Of a DNA stretch of 64,000 nt, positions 1 to 10,117 are shown piece by piece. The DNA comes from an uncultured Verrucomicrobiae bacterium (GTDB taxonomy: Bacteria > Verrucomicrobiota > Verrucomicrobiia > Chthoniobacterales > JAATET01): positions 114,948 through 178,947 of the forward strand of contig CAVRCI010000015.1 in the NCBI GenBank assembly GCA_963719495.1. Reading direction: 5' to 3'. Position numbers and translations under genes: made by a program. The notes below the pieces were generated by a model. That model worked only from the letters and a program-made list of their open reading frames with translations. It was not told where the DNA came from and did not search any database. The stretch's first letter is position 1, and every line of letters begins with the position of its first letter.

Positions 1-1180
1 TGATTGTGAAGGTAGCTGAACTCGGAGATCGACCGGTATATGCAGTCATCATAAACCATTGTGTCACAAAAGGAAATGAATCGATGCCTCTATAAGTCGA
101 GCCGTCAGTTGTTGTCTGTCCATCCGAGTCTGCGTAGTCGACCATATTCGCCGCCAAATTTTGCAAATAGGTTGTCGGGGCCATTCCTCCGCTTCGGACT
201 GTCGCGAAATCTGGTAAATTCGTCGAGATCGCCGAACTGATTGTATTCACGGCGTCGGAGCCGGATATTGAGTCGTTTAGCGAAATCTTAGGCTCCCCCT
301 CGTTGACGAATCCAAATCCTGTCGGTATGACCGCACGCTCTTCGGTCTCAAATCCCAGGCCGGGGTAGAGGTGGAGCCGGGGGTCTTTTGACTCTGCGAG
401 TGAAGCGTCTGTTTCATTTACGACTTGAAGAGTCGTCGCAGGAGTGAGAATGATCGCTCGATCTTCCAAAACATCTTTGGCTTCGCTTTGGCCGTCATCA
501 GACCTGGCTTTCCGATCGAACAGAGAATAAAGAGCTGCGTCGGAGCGTGCATCAACGTCCCCAAGGGTCTCGGCTCGAACATGTTTGCCCGCATTTTTTA
601 AATTGCCCGCTACCTTGAGGTCGAGGTGTCCCTGCAGATCCTCGATCCAGTATGCGAACCTTCCAACCTCGTCACCATCCGCATTATCAATCGGAACCCA
701 GCGAACTGAGGGATTTTGGTTCGAGTAGTAATCGGTCTGATAGGACGGGAGATCGATCTCTGCTGAATCTGGAAAATCAGGAGAAGAAATCAACGCTTGG
801 TCTGGGAGTACGCCGGGAGGTTGTGGCGGAATTTGTCGATTTGCCCCGCTGACAAGCGGAACATATTCCACCGTTCCGGCAGATGTCCTTTTCGAAATAA
901 AATAGGTAGGCGGAGCCGCATTTATCGATGACGTGTAGTTCGTTTGAACGACCGAGTAGTCGTCGGTGCGCGTGCCTGTATTTGCCAGAAGCTCGAGTGC
1001 GTGTGCGCGACCGGCGGAAGTAGCAAGATCGGCTTGAAGAATGTTCCGGTAACTTCGAGCGGTTTTCCGTTCGACGCTCATGCTTTGCAGAAAGGCCGTT
1101 ACGATTATGGTTAAAACAACCACTGCGAGAAGGGTTGAGATAAGCGCGGATGCGGATTCGTATCTTCGGGAGCGGAACAT
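1..1180 (-). CDS. Verru_Chthon cassette protein A-like (PilX-like large pilus-associated protein), runs off window edge
   Basis: Not in ORF track; partial manual translation from ATG at 1180 gives MFRSRRYESASALISTLLAVVVLTIIVTAFLQSMSVER..., then in-frame VGRFAYWIEDLQGHLD and later LAANIVDYADSD; lies after three prepilin-type genes. Confidence 0.75.
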   Translation of the reverse strand, partial: MFRSRRYESASALISTLLAVVVLTIIVTAFLQSMSVERKTARSYRNILQADLATSAGRAHALELLANTGTRTDDYSVVQTNYTSSINAAPPTYFISKRTSAGTVEYVPLVSGANRQIPPQPPGVLPDQALISSPDFPDSAEIDLPSYQTDYYSNQNPSVRWVPIDNADGDEVGRFAYWIEDLQGHLDLKVAGNLKNAGKHVRAETLGDVDARSDAALYSLFDRKARSDDGQSEAKDVLEDRAIILTPATTLQVVNETDASLAESKDPRLHLYPGLGFETEERAVIPTGFGFVNEGEPKISLNDSISGSDAVNTISSAISTNLPDFATVRSGGMAPTTYLQNLAANMVDYADSDGQTTTDGSTYRGIDSFPFVTQWFMMTAYTGRSPSSATFTI

Positions 1181-1184
1181 ATGT

Positions 1185-2069
1185 CTAGGGTTGAATGGTG
1201 GCGGCGTTTGCTGCCGTGCCGGCGGGCAGAAAAACACGAGTTGAGAAAGAGCGTGCGTTCTCAAGATACGTCGGAGTTTTGTCAGCAATTTCTTTTTTCC
1301 AGAGGGCTTGATCATCACCCCATCGATCGGCCGTGTCCTCGTTGACCGCAATGATTAATATGTCCAGCGCATCGGGAAACGGAGTGTCGTTGTTCTGGGT
1401 AAATGGTTGGCCTGGTCGGACGGGATCACCCAACGCGTTCGTAAGTTGAATCGGCTCGATCTGGAATCTAACGATGTTTCTGGCAACCAGTTCGGCACCG
1501 GCCGGCGGAAGTGTTGCCGGATTGCCGTCTTTTAGAAGTGGATTCGTGCCTGCCTTCAATGCATCGAAAGTGTCGTCGCTGTTAACAATGTTGCGGTAAA
1601 GATTCAACGATGCGGTCCCCGTCGTCGACACCCGTCCCCAAGCAAGAAAATACCCAACCGCGCAAAGGTCGCTTTTGGCTAGAGCGGCGGAACCTGACGA
1701 GATGGGCTGGGAGTCCTCGGCCAACAACGTCATGAAAAACAGAGCGTCACCAATGTCGCCCTTGGCGGGTGATGCAACCAGCGCATCGAGCTCGGTATCC
1801 TCGACCGCGACCCTGAAAAATGCTTCATTTGGAGCGGCGTAAAGATTTTCCAAATCTGCCCCGATCAAATTGAGTGCCGCCCGCGCTTCACGGTAACTGT
1901 CCACACGACGTTCGCTCTCCCGCCAGAGTCGAGTTGCCCCATCGACCATTGAAAGAAGGATGACGAGGAGCACCGTCAGCACCGACATAGCAACGAGAAG
2001 TTCGATTAGCGAAAAACCATCTGCGCTCGGGTTACAGAGCCGACGATCGCCGAATGAATTTGCTTTCAT
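1185..2069 (-). CDS. Prepilin-type N-terminal methylation protein (Verru_Chthon cassette C-like)
   Basis: GFSLIELLVAMSVLTVLLVILLSMV class III signal; start re-picked at MKANSF. Confidence 0.8.
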   Translation of the reverse strand: MKANSFGDRRLCNPSADGFSLIELLVAMSVLTVLLVILLSMVDGATRLWRESERRVDSYREARAALNLIGADLENLYAAPNEAFFRVAVEDTELDALVASPAKGDIGDALFFMTLLAEDSQPISSGSAALAKSDLCAVGYFLAWGRVSTTGTASLNLYRNIVNSDDTFDALKAGTNPLLKDGNPATLPPAGAELVARNIVRFQIEPIQLTNALGDPVRPGQPFTQNNDTPFPDALDILIIAVNEDTADRWGDDQALWKKEIADKTPTYLENARSFSTRVFLPAGTAANAATIQP

Positions 2070-2076
2070 TCGCAAG

Positions 2077-2616
2077 CTAGTTAATAGAAACGATTGACGC
2101 GAACGAATAGTCCGTCCGACCTGGGGTGCCTGTGGCAGCGCCGACCGGAGTATGGACATTTACGGTTACCTGGGAAAGTCCATCGCGTGGCGTGTCAACT
2201 TCCCAAGAGACTTCGACGGAAAAAGCCGCGAAATCAGATCCCGTGCTGTCGGAGTTGTGGGAACCAACGAGTTCCCCTTCCTCATTGAATTCGAGGGTGG
2301 TTGATCCGTTCACAGTCAAATCAACCGCTGTGACCTCTACGGTGGTTCGATCTCCGACCGGGTCAGCGTTATCAGCTGGGAGAAACGGAGGGGTTGCTGA
2401 GAGGCCCGCGAAGGTTGTTCTAGCAATAAACGTTGCCTGTGTCTCAGTCCGACTGTCAGCGGCGTTGCTTAGAGCTACAGGCAACAGACCGAGGATGCCA
2501 ACCAACGCGAATGACATAATTCCAACGGCTAGGACGATCTCGATCAGAGAGAATGCTGAATTTAAGGCCTGTTTAGCTTTTTGCCGACTAGAAATTAGAT
2601 TGACCAAGTGCATCAC
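2077..2616 (-). CDS. Prepilin-type protein (Verru_Chthon cassette B-like)
   Basis: AFSLIEIVLAVGIMSFALVGILGLLPVAL motif. Confidence 0.8.
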   Translation of the reverse strand: MMHLVNLISSRQKAKQALNSAFSLIEIVLAVGIMSFALVGILGLLPVALSNAADSRTETQATFIARTTFAGLSATPPFLPADNADPVGDRTTVEVTAVDLTVNGSTTLEFNEEGELVGSHNSDSTGSDFAAFSVEVSWEVDTPRDGLSQVTVNVHTPVGAATGTPGRTDYSFASIVSIN

Positions 2617-3305
2617 TGGGTTGCCGTCTGAGTGACGTCAAGGGTCGCACGTCCTGTGTAGCGGGCGAAAGCAATCCGCTCGAGGCCGTTGTGTTTTTTC
2701 TGAGCTACGCGGGCCTCGTTCCCGAAATCATCGCGAACTCCTTCAGTCACAAAAAGGGCCAATGTGCCGTTGTTCGGAAACGAGATAACGCCCGTCGGCT
2801 TGAATTGAACGTAAGAAAATCTGTCTTCGTCTGAAGATGTAGTCCCGGGTGGATGAAAGGAAAAATCGGTCGGTTTGGCGGCGGTCGAAGCCGGAATGAT
2901 GGTGTTCTGCTGGCTGTAAAAGAGCGTCTTTTCTGGAAGCTTGATCCATTTTGTGAGCTGCACGTAGTCCGATCCAGCCGGTCCCGAGTCCCAAGGAAGC
3001 CTCTCTCGAACCACCATGATGGAATCAACTTCGGGAAACGCCCTCCTCCAAAGAATAACGGTGACATTCGCTCCGCTTTCGAGGGCGGCGACTCGGGCTT
3101 GTTCGAAGGTGTTCATTAGGGTGGTGACGGCTCCTTTTCTTCCGGCGGTGCTGGCCATGTTGCCGATGGCGGGGGCCAAGAGGCTGAGCATGACGACGAG
3201 GATGGCCATGACGGCGATGAGCTCGACGAGGGAAAATGCCCGGGGCCGCGGTCGGCTGGGGCGACCGGGGTGGCTGGACGAAGAGTTGGCTTTGCCGATG
3301 AGCAT
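2613..3305 (-). CDS. Prepilin-type FimT/GspH-like protein (Verru_Chthon cassette D-like)
   Basis: AFSLVELIAVMAILVVMLSLLAPA...EQARVAA; start re-picked at MLIGKAN; upstream ORF extension is antisense to the neighbouring gene. Confidence 0.8.
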   Translation of the reverse strand: MLIGKANSSSSHPGRPSRPRPRAFSLVELIAVMAILVVMLSLLAPAIGNMASTAGRKGAVTTLMNTFEQARVAALESGANVTVILWRRAFPEVDSIMVVRERLPWDSGPAGSDYVQLTKWIKLPEKTLFYSQQNTIIPASTAAKPTDFSFHPPGTTSSDEDRFSYVQFKPTGVISFPNNGTLALFVTEGVRDDFGNEARVAQKKHNGLERIAFARYTGRATLDVTQTATQ

Positions 3306-3797
3306 CCCCAATCTCTTGCCGTCTGATGGGTGGGTTCGCAAAATACAAACTGTGACAACAGTGTAACTTGCTTCGAGAGAATGTCGATGGGTGGGATGCG
3401 TCCGGGAGGCTGACGCACGAGCACGGTGGTCGCGCCCGGCGGCGCGTGGACCGGTGGAGCGCGGAAGTTGAGTGGAGGACGAGAACATGAAGGATTCGAT
3501 CGGGCGTTCTCCGGCGGATTTTTTCGGTCGGAGAACGAATTCGACTTGGTGGTGACGTTTCAGCAGTCGGCGTGCCAAGGGGGCGCTTCGGGACGGTAGT
3601 CTGGGCGGTGATCGAGCGGTCTGATCCGTCGGAATCGAGGGGAATGTCGGTTGGGACTCTCGGCGCGCCTGAGTAGCTCGAGGTGCGAACGGATTACGTC
3701 CGTTTGCCCGGGCTGTTTCGAATAAGTCTTCGTCCGACGGTCGCTGGGGAACGTCCTCACGGTGGGATCGGGCATCAAACTCAAATACGACATCATC

Positions 3798-4052
3798 ATG
3801 GGCATCATTTCCTGGATCATCTTCGGCCTCATTGCGGGGGCTATCGCGAAACTCATCATGCCGGGGAAAGATCCGGGCGGCTGCATCATCACGATGATTC
3901 TGGGTGTCGTGGGTGCGGCTGTCGGTGGATGGATCGGGACGTTGCTCGGATTTGGTGGGGTGGATGGGTTCAATATCGGCAGCTTTGGCGTTGCGGTGTT
4001 GGGCGCGATTGTTTTGCTCCTGATCTACCGCCTGGTTTTGGGACGGAAGTAG
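3798..4052 (+). CDS. GlsB/YeaQ/YmgE family (transglycosylase-associated) membrane protein
   Basis: MGIISWIIFGLIAGAIAKLIMPGKDPGG signature. Confidence 0.9.
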   Translation: MGIISWIIFGLIAGAIAKLIMPGKDPGGCIITMILGVVGAAVGGWIGTLLGFGGVDGFNIGSFGVAVLGAIVLLLIYRLVLGRK

Positions 4053-4061
4053 GGGTTGGGG

Positions 4062-4211
4062 TGCGATCCCCGCGCGGTTCTCGATGGATGGGGGGATTGT
4101 TTTTAGGTCTTCGTCGGCGGGCTCCGCGGGTCGGTTGCCTTTGGGGGTGTCGCTCCCCGGGGTGTCGCTCCGCTCAACCCCGCGCTGCCGTCGCTGGGAT
4201 ACCTTCGGCAT
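4062..4211. repeat. Palindromic REP-like element (family G, copy 1)
   Basis: tgcgatcccc...ccggggtgtcgctccgctcaaccccg...gggataccttcggca; same layout as 6441-6530. Confidence 0.5.
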
Positions 4212-4295
4212 CCTTTTGATTTGGGGAGCCTTGGCTGGTGGCGCGGCTGGTTGGATTCCACTGGCTCCTGGTGTCTGGTGGGTGAGGTGAGACGC

Positions 4296-4326
4296 CAGAG
4301 ATGCTTCGCTTCGCTCAGGATGACAG
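4296..4326. repeat. REP-like element (family B, GTCATCCTGAGCGAAGCGAAG-type)
   Basis: gatgcttcgcttcgctcaggatgaca; related copies at 14399-14575 and 40555-40627. Confidence 0.65.
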
Positions 4327-4353
4327 GTTTGGTTGAACCGCTTACGCGGCTGA

Positions 4354-5319
4354 TCAGACGTCTTTGGGGCGGTAGATGATGATGCCGGCGTGGTCGCTCG
4401 AGCCTTCGAGGTAATCGGAGATGTTGGTGTCGAGGATGACTTTGCGACCCTTTTCGCGACTGGAGGTGGCGTGAAGGATGCGGGCTCGGTCGCCGTCGCG
4501 GACGATGAGGCCGACGTGGGAGGTGTAGCCGGAGGTGTCGCGGGAGGTGATGGCGACGACGTCGCCGGTGCGGAGTTGGTTCTCGATGCCGCGGACTTGG
4601 GCGCGGGGGATGTGGTAGACGGGGAGCGCGGAGACTTTTTCCTGGATGCGGGCCATTTCGGGAAGGAGTGACCGGTCGTTGCGGAGGTAGCGGTAGCTTT
4701 TCCACATGGCGGTCATTTCGGTGATGTTGCGGCGGAGGCGGACGCCGCCGAGGTCGCGGGTGGGGTTCGTGGAGAGGCCGCGGCGGGTGTTGTCGGCGAA
4801 GACTTCTTCGAGGAAGTGCATGCGGGAGAGGTAGCCGCCGGTGCAGCGGCCGTCGCGGTAGCGTTCGAGCTCGATCATGGCGAGGAGGTCGGTGGGGGCG
4901 TAGGGCGGGGGTTGCGCTCGGAGCATGCGGGCGAAGCCGAGGGAGATCTCGTAGAAGGTCCAGCAGTCGAGGCCGGTGAAGTCGGCGGAGGGGGCTTCGA
5001 TGCGGTCGTCGATCTCGAGGGTGTAGTTCTCGTAGGGGGTGCCGACGAGGGCCTGGCCGACCTGGGCGGTGCGGGCTCCGATGGGGAGGGCGCGCCAATT
5101 CTCGCGGGTGGCTCGGGCGACGAGCCGGTCAAAGCGGTCGCGACCCTGGAAGACGGTGTCGAGGGGGAGGCGGAGTTGGGAGGGGGTGCGGGGGGTGGTG
5201 CCGGCGGTGACTTGGAAGACGGTGGGCGCGCCAAGCAGCAGGGTGGCGAGGAGAAGGAACGGTTGGAAATTTTTGATACGGGGCCGCGGAAGAATCCGCC
5301 GGGTGGCGGGAAAGGGCAA
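4354..5319 (-). CDS. DUF1460 / N-acetylmuramoyl-L-alanine amidase-like (NlpC/P60 fold) protein
   Basis: LVGTPY...GLDCWTFYE (catalytic Cys), RYRDG, SHVGL, ILHATS; N-terminal hydrophobic signal. Confidence 0.8.
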   Translation of the reverse strand: MPFPATRRILPRPRIKNFQPFLLLATLLLGAPTVFQVTAGTTPRTPSQLRLPLDTVFQGRDRFDRLVARATRENWRALPIGARTAQVGQALVGTPYENYTLEIDDRIEAPSADFTGLDCWTFYEISLGFARMLRAQPPPYAPTDLLAMIELERYRDGRCTGGYLSRMHFLEEVFADNTRRGLSTNPTRDLGGVRLRRNITEMTAMWKSYRYLRNDRSLLPEMARIQEKVSALPVYHIPRAQVRGIENQLRTGDVVAITSRDTSGYTSHVGLIVRDGDRARILHATSSREKGRKVILDTNISDYLEGSSDHAGIIIYRPKDV

Positions 5320-5393
5320 GGGACGGCGCGTCGGGTCTTGTCATTTTTCGCGGAGGGGTGGATGGTCGTCGAAACCCCCAAATTCCAAGACTT

Positions 5394-5954
5394 ATGCCCG
5401 CAGAAAATTCCGGCAACTGGCAGCTCAAAAAATACGACGACGGCGAGATTTTCGGACCGGTCAACTTCGGGAAGATCCTGGAGTGGGCGGGGACGGCGCA
5501 GATCGCTCCGCAGGACATGCTCTCGGAGGACGGTCTCGTCTGGACGAAGGCTCCGATGATCCCGGCTCTGAAGATGGATTGGATCGTGAAGCTGGACGAG
5601 GGGCATTACTACGGGCCGACGACGGTGGGGGCGCTCCTGGAGTTTTTCCAGAATTTCGAAATCTCTGAGAAGACGGTGGTGCTGGATTGTTGCTCGGGCA
5701 ACGAGATGCCCTTCGGTGACTGCACGTTTTTCCCCCGCGAGAAGGAGGAGGTGACGACGGAGGATTTGATGGCTCGGGCGCCGTCGAAGGGGATCATTCG
5801 GTTGAGTCTGCAGAAGCGGATTCGGGAATTGGAGGTGAATCTGCTCGAGAAGCGTCGGCAGGTCGATCTGGCGGCGGATACGATCCATCAACTCGAGAAC
5901 CGGGTGCGGGAACTCGAAGCGCGGCTGCGCGAGGTGCAGGGGTTCGGCGGGTAG
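5394..5954 (+). CDS. Hypothetical protein with two GYF-like repeats and C-terminal coiled coil
   Basis: DGEIFGPV and EGHYYGPT repeats; LQKRIRELE...LENRVRELEARL heptads. Confidence 0.65.
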   Translation: MPAENSGNWQLKKYDDGEIFGPVNFGKILEWAGTAQIAPQDMLSEDGLVWTKAPMIPALKMDWIVKLDEGHYYGPTTVGALLEFFQNFEISEKTVVLDCCSGNEMPFGDCTFFPREKEEVTTEDLMARAPSKGIIRLSLQKRIRELEVNLLEKRRQVDLAADTIHQLENRVRELEARLREVQGFGG

Positions 5955-6019
5955 CGGGATGGTCGGGGTCGGGTCGGGTGGGCGGCCCCTCGATTTCTGG
6001 CGAGTTGGGTTGATCGGTT

Positions 6020-6415
6020 GTGGCGCGGGTTTTTGTCTACGGAACGTTGCGGCGGGGGGAGTGTCGGGATCTCCGGGAGAACTTTGGCGGGGGCAGATTC
6101 TGTGGGCGCGGACGGGTGACCGGCGTGCTTTACGACCTCGGGGATTACCCGGGGCTGCGGATCGGAGGGGGGGGCGGGCGGGTGGTCGGCGAGATTTTCG
6201 AAGTCTCGCGGGAGACGCTGGTTTTGCTCGACCGGCTCGAGGGCTACGATCCGGCGAACGTGGCGGAGAGTGAATACACGCGGGTGCTCGTGCCGGTGGT
6301 CTGGGACGACGAGGGGATCGAGGGGTGCTCGACCTACGAGATTGCGGAGTGGCATTGCGCGGGACGTGCGCGGATCGACGGCGGGGATTGGGTGCGGCAT
6401 CGGATTGGGGCGTAG
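6020..6415 (+). CDS. Gamma-glutamylcyclotransferase (AIG2-like) family protein
   Basis: VFVYGTLRRGE, LYDLGDYPGL, LDRLEGY motifs. Confidence 0.9.
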   Translation: MARVFVYGTLRRGECRDLRENFGGGRFCGRGRVTGVLYDLGDYPGLRIGGGGGRVVGEIFEVSRETLVLLDRLEGYDPANVAESEYTRVLVPVVWDDEGIEGCSTYEIAEWHCAGRARIDGGDWVRHRIGA

Positions 6416-6440
6416 CGTCGCGTGGGGATGCGGGATGGGC

Positions 6441-6530
6441 TGCGATCCCTCCGGGATCGGCTGTTGCGGGGGGTGGGAATCCGGGGGTCTGCGACCCCCG
6501 GCTACCGTGGCTGAAATCCCTTCGGGATTT
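6441..6530. repeat. Palindromic REP-like element (family G, copy 2)
   Basis: cgatccctccgggatcg, ccgggggtctgcgacccccgg and aaatcccttcgggattt hairpins. Confidence 0.6.
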
Positions 6531-6623
6531 GACGGCGCGTTTCGGGATTTCGTTTGATCCGGCGAGCTGTGGGCACGTTGGGCTTGCCTTCGTGGGGCGG
6601 CTCCATTTTGCTCTGTCTCACTT

Positions 6624-8609
6624 ATGAGCCTAGATTTCGATTCTCTCACTTTGGCCTGCCGCGACGCTCGTGGTTTGGCGATCGACGCCGTTGTGAAGTC
6701 CTCGTCCGGCCACCTCGGTCTACCGCTGGGGGCGACGGAGATCGGAGCTGTGCTCTACGGTCATTCGATGCGGCACAATCCGGCGGACCCGACGTGGATC
6801 AACCGGGACCGCTTCGTTTTATCGGCGGGTCACGGCAGCATGTTTCTTTACGCGTGGTTGCACATCGCCGGGTATGACGTGACGCGCGAAGACGTGGCGA
6901 ATTTCCGGCAGCTGCACAGCAATACGCCCGGGCATCCGGAGCATTTCGAGACGCCCGGGGTGGAGGCGACGACGGGTCCGCTGGGACAGGGTGTGGCGAA
7001 CGCGGTCGGCTACGCGATTGCGTCGAAGCTGGCGGAGGCGAAGTTCAACACGGCGGAGCACGCCATTTTCAATCACCACGTGGTGTGTCTGGCCGGCGAC
7101 GGCTGTCTCCAGGAGGGGGTTGCGCAGGAAGCCTCGGCGTTGGCCGCACACTTGGATCTCGATAATCTGATTCTGTTCTACGACTCGAATAACGTGACGC
7201 TGGACGCGATGGGGCCGGTGTCGCAGAGCGAAGACACGGGAGCACGCTACGCGGCTTACGGCTGGGACGTGCACGAGATCGACGGGCAGGACCTCAAAGC
7301 GGTGGCGGCGACGTTCGAGCGGGCAAAGGCGGCGACTTCGGGCAAGCCACAGTTCATCATCGCCAAGACGCTGATCGGGAAGGGCATCCCGGAGGTCGCG
7401 GGCACTCAGAAGGCGCACGGTGAAGGGGGGGCGAAGTTCGCGGACGAGGCCCGGGCTGGTCTCGGGCTGCCGGACGAGAAATTCTTCGTTGCACCGGAGA
7501 CCCGGGCGTACTTTGCGAGTCACCGGGAGACCCTGAAGGCGGTCTACGATGAGTGGACGGAGATGTTCAAGGCGTGGGAAGCCGCGAACGGGGATTTGGC
7601 GCGCGAACTTGCCGACGCGAAGGCGAACAAGGTACCGGATTTGTTGAGTGTCATCCCGGAGTTTGATCCGAGCGAGAAGATCGCAACGCGGAAGGCGGGA
7701 AGCGTGGTGCTGCAGCCCATCGCTCAGGCCATGCCGCTATTGATCAGCGGGAGCGCCGATCTGCATGGCTCAACGCTGAACTACATCAAGGAGGGCGGGA
7801 ATTTCGACCGGAAAGATCGCGGCGGGCGCAACTTCCACTTTGGCATCCGCGAACACGCGATGTGTGGTGTGCTCAACGGCATCGCTTATGACGGAATCTT
7901 CCGACCGAGCGGCGCGACGTTCTTGGTCTTCAGCGACTACGCACGCGGGTCGATCCGACTGGCGGCTCTCTCGAGTCTGCCGGTGGTCTTCATCTTCACG
8001 CACGATTCCGTCGGGGTTGGCGAGGATGGTCCCACCCACGAACCGGTGGAGACGGTCGCCGCGCTTCGAGCCATCCCGAATCTCGACGTGATCCGTCCGG
8101 CAGACCCGGAGGAAACGGCCGGCGCTTTTGCGGCGGCGTTCGAGCGAGTGGAAGGACCGACGACGCTGGTGTTGTCGAGGCAGGGTGTGCCGACGTTGGA
8201 CGAGATCCCGGTCGCGGAACGCCGCCAAGGCGCCTTCAAGGGTGGTTACATCGCCAAGCGGGAACGGGGAGAACTGACGACCATCCTGATGGGGAGCGGC
8301 AGTGAGGTCCAGCACGCCATGAAAGCGGCGGAAAGCCTGGGCGATGGCACGCGCGTCGTTTCGATTCCCTGTTTCGAACGGTTTCGACGTCAATCAGAAG
8401 CCTACCAGGAAGAAGTTCTTCCGAAAGCCTGCCGCAATCGCGTGAGCATCGAAGCCGGGGTCTCGGATCCTTGGTTCCGGTTCGTCGGATTGGACGGTAA
8501 GACGGTGGCGATTGATCGATTTGGCCTGAGTGCCCCGGGTGCAACGGTGATGAAGGAACTCGGCATGACCGCCGAGAACGTCGTCGAGGCGGCTGGTTCG
8601 CTCGGTTGA
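6624..8609 (+). CDS. tkt: Transketolase
   Basis: [48 protein letters not shown]. Confidence 0.98.
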   Translation: MSLDFDSLTLACRDARGLAIDAVVKSSSGHLGLPLGATEIGAVLYGHSMRHNPADPTWINRDRFVLSAGHGSMFLYAWLHIAGYDVTREDVANFRQLHSNTPGHPEHFETPGVEATTGPLGQGVANAVGYAIASKLAEAKFNTAEHAIFNHHVVCLAGDGCLQEGVAQEASALAAHLDLDNLILFYDSNNVTLDAMGPVSQSEDTGARYAAYGWDVHEIDGQDLKAVAATFERAKAATSGKPQFIIAKTLIGKGIPEVAGTQKAHGEGGAKFADEARAGLGLPDEKFFVAPETRAYFASHRETLKAVYDEWTEMFKAWEAANGDLARELADAKANKVPDLLSVIPEFDPSEKIATRKAGSVVLQPIAQAMPLLISGSADLHGSTLNYIKEGGNFDRKDRGGRNFHFGIREHAMCGVLNGIAYDGIFRPSGATFLVFSDYARGSIRLAALSSLPVVFIFTHDSVGVGEDGPTHEPVETVAALRAIPNLDVIRPADPEETAGAFAAAFERVEGPTTLVLSRQGVPTLDEIPVAERRQGAFKGGYIAKRERGELTTILMGSGSEVQHAMKAAESLGDGTRVVSIPCFERFRRQSEAYQEEVLPKACRNRVSIEAGVSDPWFRFVGLDGKTVAIDRFGLSAPGATVMKELGMTAENVVEAAGSLG

Positions 8610-8743
8610 CGGATCGAAGCTTGGGCTGGCGCAGAGGCGGATGCCGAGGGCCAGCTCGCGTGATCACCGAGGCTCCCGGTCCTTCGACTTCGGGCTAAAC
8701 GATCGGATCGTTGTCGTGCCGGGCAGGATTCGAGGCCTCGGCG

Positions 8744-8905
8744 CATCGGTCCTGAAAAAAATGAGACAGGATTTACAGAATGATCGGGGATGACTTACGA
8801 GGCGGGGGGCGTTCACCCTGTGAGTGAGCGGGAATTTTGTTCGAAGTCGCTGAAATTCGATCCTTTCAATCCTGTAAATCCTGTTCATTCCCGGATTTAG
8901 GATGC
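8744..8905. repeat. ~160-bp MITE-like repeat with ACAGGATTT / AATCCTGT inverted 9-mer arms (family E, copy 1)
   Basis: gagacaggatttacagaa...aatcctgtaaatcctgttcattc; homologous to 11229-11400. Confidence 0.65.
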
Positions 8906-9336
8906 TTGGACTCGCCGCGCGGGTGCGATCGGAATGAGAGGGCAAGGCCCCAGCCGAGCCGTGACCCCGCAGTCCATTCGGCCGTTTTTTGCTCCACGGC
9001 GGTGAGATGGAAATCGGCTCGGCAGGAGCCTCGCCCTCCGGGTTTGGATTTTGGCTTCCCGGCGATGGCTTCGAGTCTGGTTTTTCGCGTCCTTTTCATT
9101 CTTCAGCAACTGGTGTGATACCCAACATCGCTTTTGAGGAGACTCTTTGGGCGATGGGTCTGTGAATTGATTCCCGCGCGCAACCGTTCTTCCGCTCAGA
9201 GCGCGCCACGGTCCGAACGAAGGCTGCTGGCTCTTCAAAAACTCATCGCTGGAAACATTCGTTACGTGAAAAGAAAATTGTCTTGGTTGGGGCGCTCTTC
9301 GAGGCTACAACAGTTGCGTCTCATCAAACAATTCTC

Positions 9337-9537
9337 ATGAATTCCTCACCGCCAGCGACCGACACCTCCACTTCAGCAAATCCCGGTTCCCATCCGGCCC
9401 TGACGCTATCCGTTTTTGCAGTCGTTCTGGTTCTGATCATTGGTGCCGGGAGTATGGTCTCGAAGGAGCGCAACGGTGCCGCCGCGTCGGATGAGAAAGA
9501 TCTACCAAGCCTCCTGAGCAAAATTCTTCCCCAGTGA
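9337..9537 (+). CDS. Small single-pass membrane protein (paralog 1)
   Basis: SHP-hydrophobic helix-IIGAGSMVS; similar to the next ORF. Confidence 0.6.
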   Translation: MNSSPPATDTSTSANPGSHPALTLSVFAVVLVLIIGAGSMVSKERNGAAASDEKDLPSLLSKILPQ

Positions 9538-9570
9538 ATCGATCAGCATTCAATCCGAAAACCCAGGACT

Positions 9571-9585
9571 TGGCACAGTTTAAGC
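9571..9585 (+). promoter_or_regulatory. Candidate sigma-54 -24/-12 promoter
   Basis: TGGCAC-AGTTT-AAGC with correct GG-N10-GC spacing but a weak -12 element, 44 bp before ATG 9630. Confidence 0.4.
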
Positions 9586-9629
9586 GAAGCAACTAACGTG
9601 TCAGCAAACGCAACTTAACCCGAGCTCAT

Positions 9630-9824
9630 ATGAACCAAAACAATTCCGAATCCACCAATCAAACCGTTGCCGCTTCTCATCCGCTGAAGACGATGATCCT
9701 ACTTGGCCTCACCATTGCGATGGTGGTCGGCTCGGGGAGTTACGTTTCTTCGCTGCGGCACGAGACCGAGCCGACGGTTCAGCGTGCGACCGGGCTGTTC
9801 GAAATGGTTTTCCAGAGCGAGTAG
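9630..9824 (+). CDS. Small single-pass membrane protein (paralog 2)
   Basis: SHP-hydrophobic helix-VVGSGSYVS. Confidence 0.6.
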   Translation: MNQNNSESTNQTVAASHPLKTMILLGLTIAMVVGSGSYVSSLRHETEPTVQRATGLFEMVFQSE

Positions 9825-9908
9825 ATTAAACCGGGGCATCCGGTGGGTCGTGGGGTCTCGCCGGATGCCTGTCAGGTTTGCAAGGTCTCGAATCGATGTT
9901 TCGAGGAG

Positions 9909-9937
9909 AAGGCTTTCCGCGGAAAGTCTTTTTTTTT
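9909..9937 (+). terminator. Rho-independent terminator
   Basis: aaggctttcc-gc-ggaaagtctt hairpin followed by a T run. Confidence 0.7.
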
Positions 9938-10117
9938 GCTCTGGCTGGGAGATCGATGCTGGGCAGGGGACCGCTTGCACGGTGGACGGAGGTGAGGGGG
10001 ACCGGCGGCGGCTCGGGGAAGCGCTCGCCCTCCGCTAGCGAAGGGTCTCGAGCGGTTTCCCGATGCACTCACGCGGGCGCGATTGTGGTCGCGGGGAGGA
10101 TTCGGTATCGGTAGCGG

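Noticed and set aside
3680..3715. Minus-strand GGGCAAACGGA-CGTAA-TCCGTTCGC hairpin upstream of the pilin cassette, resembling a c-di-GMP-I riboswitch start
   Set aside because: Lacks the GACGCAAAGC segment and second stem; an Rfam search would be needed to revive it
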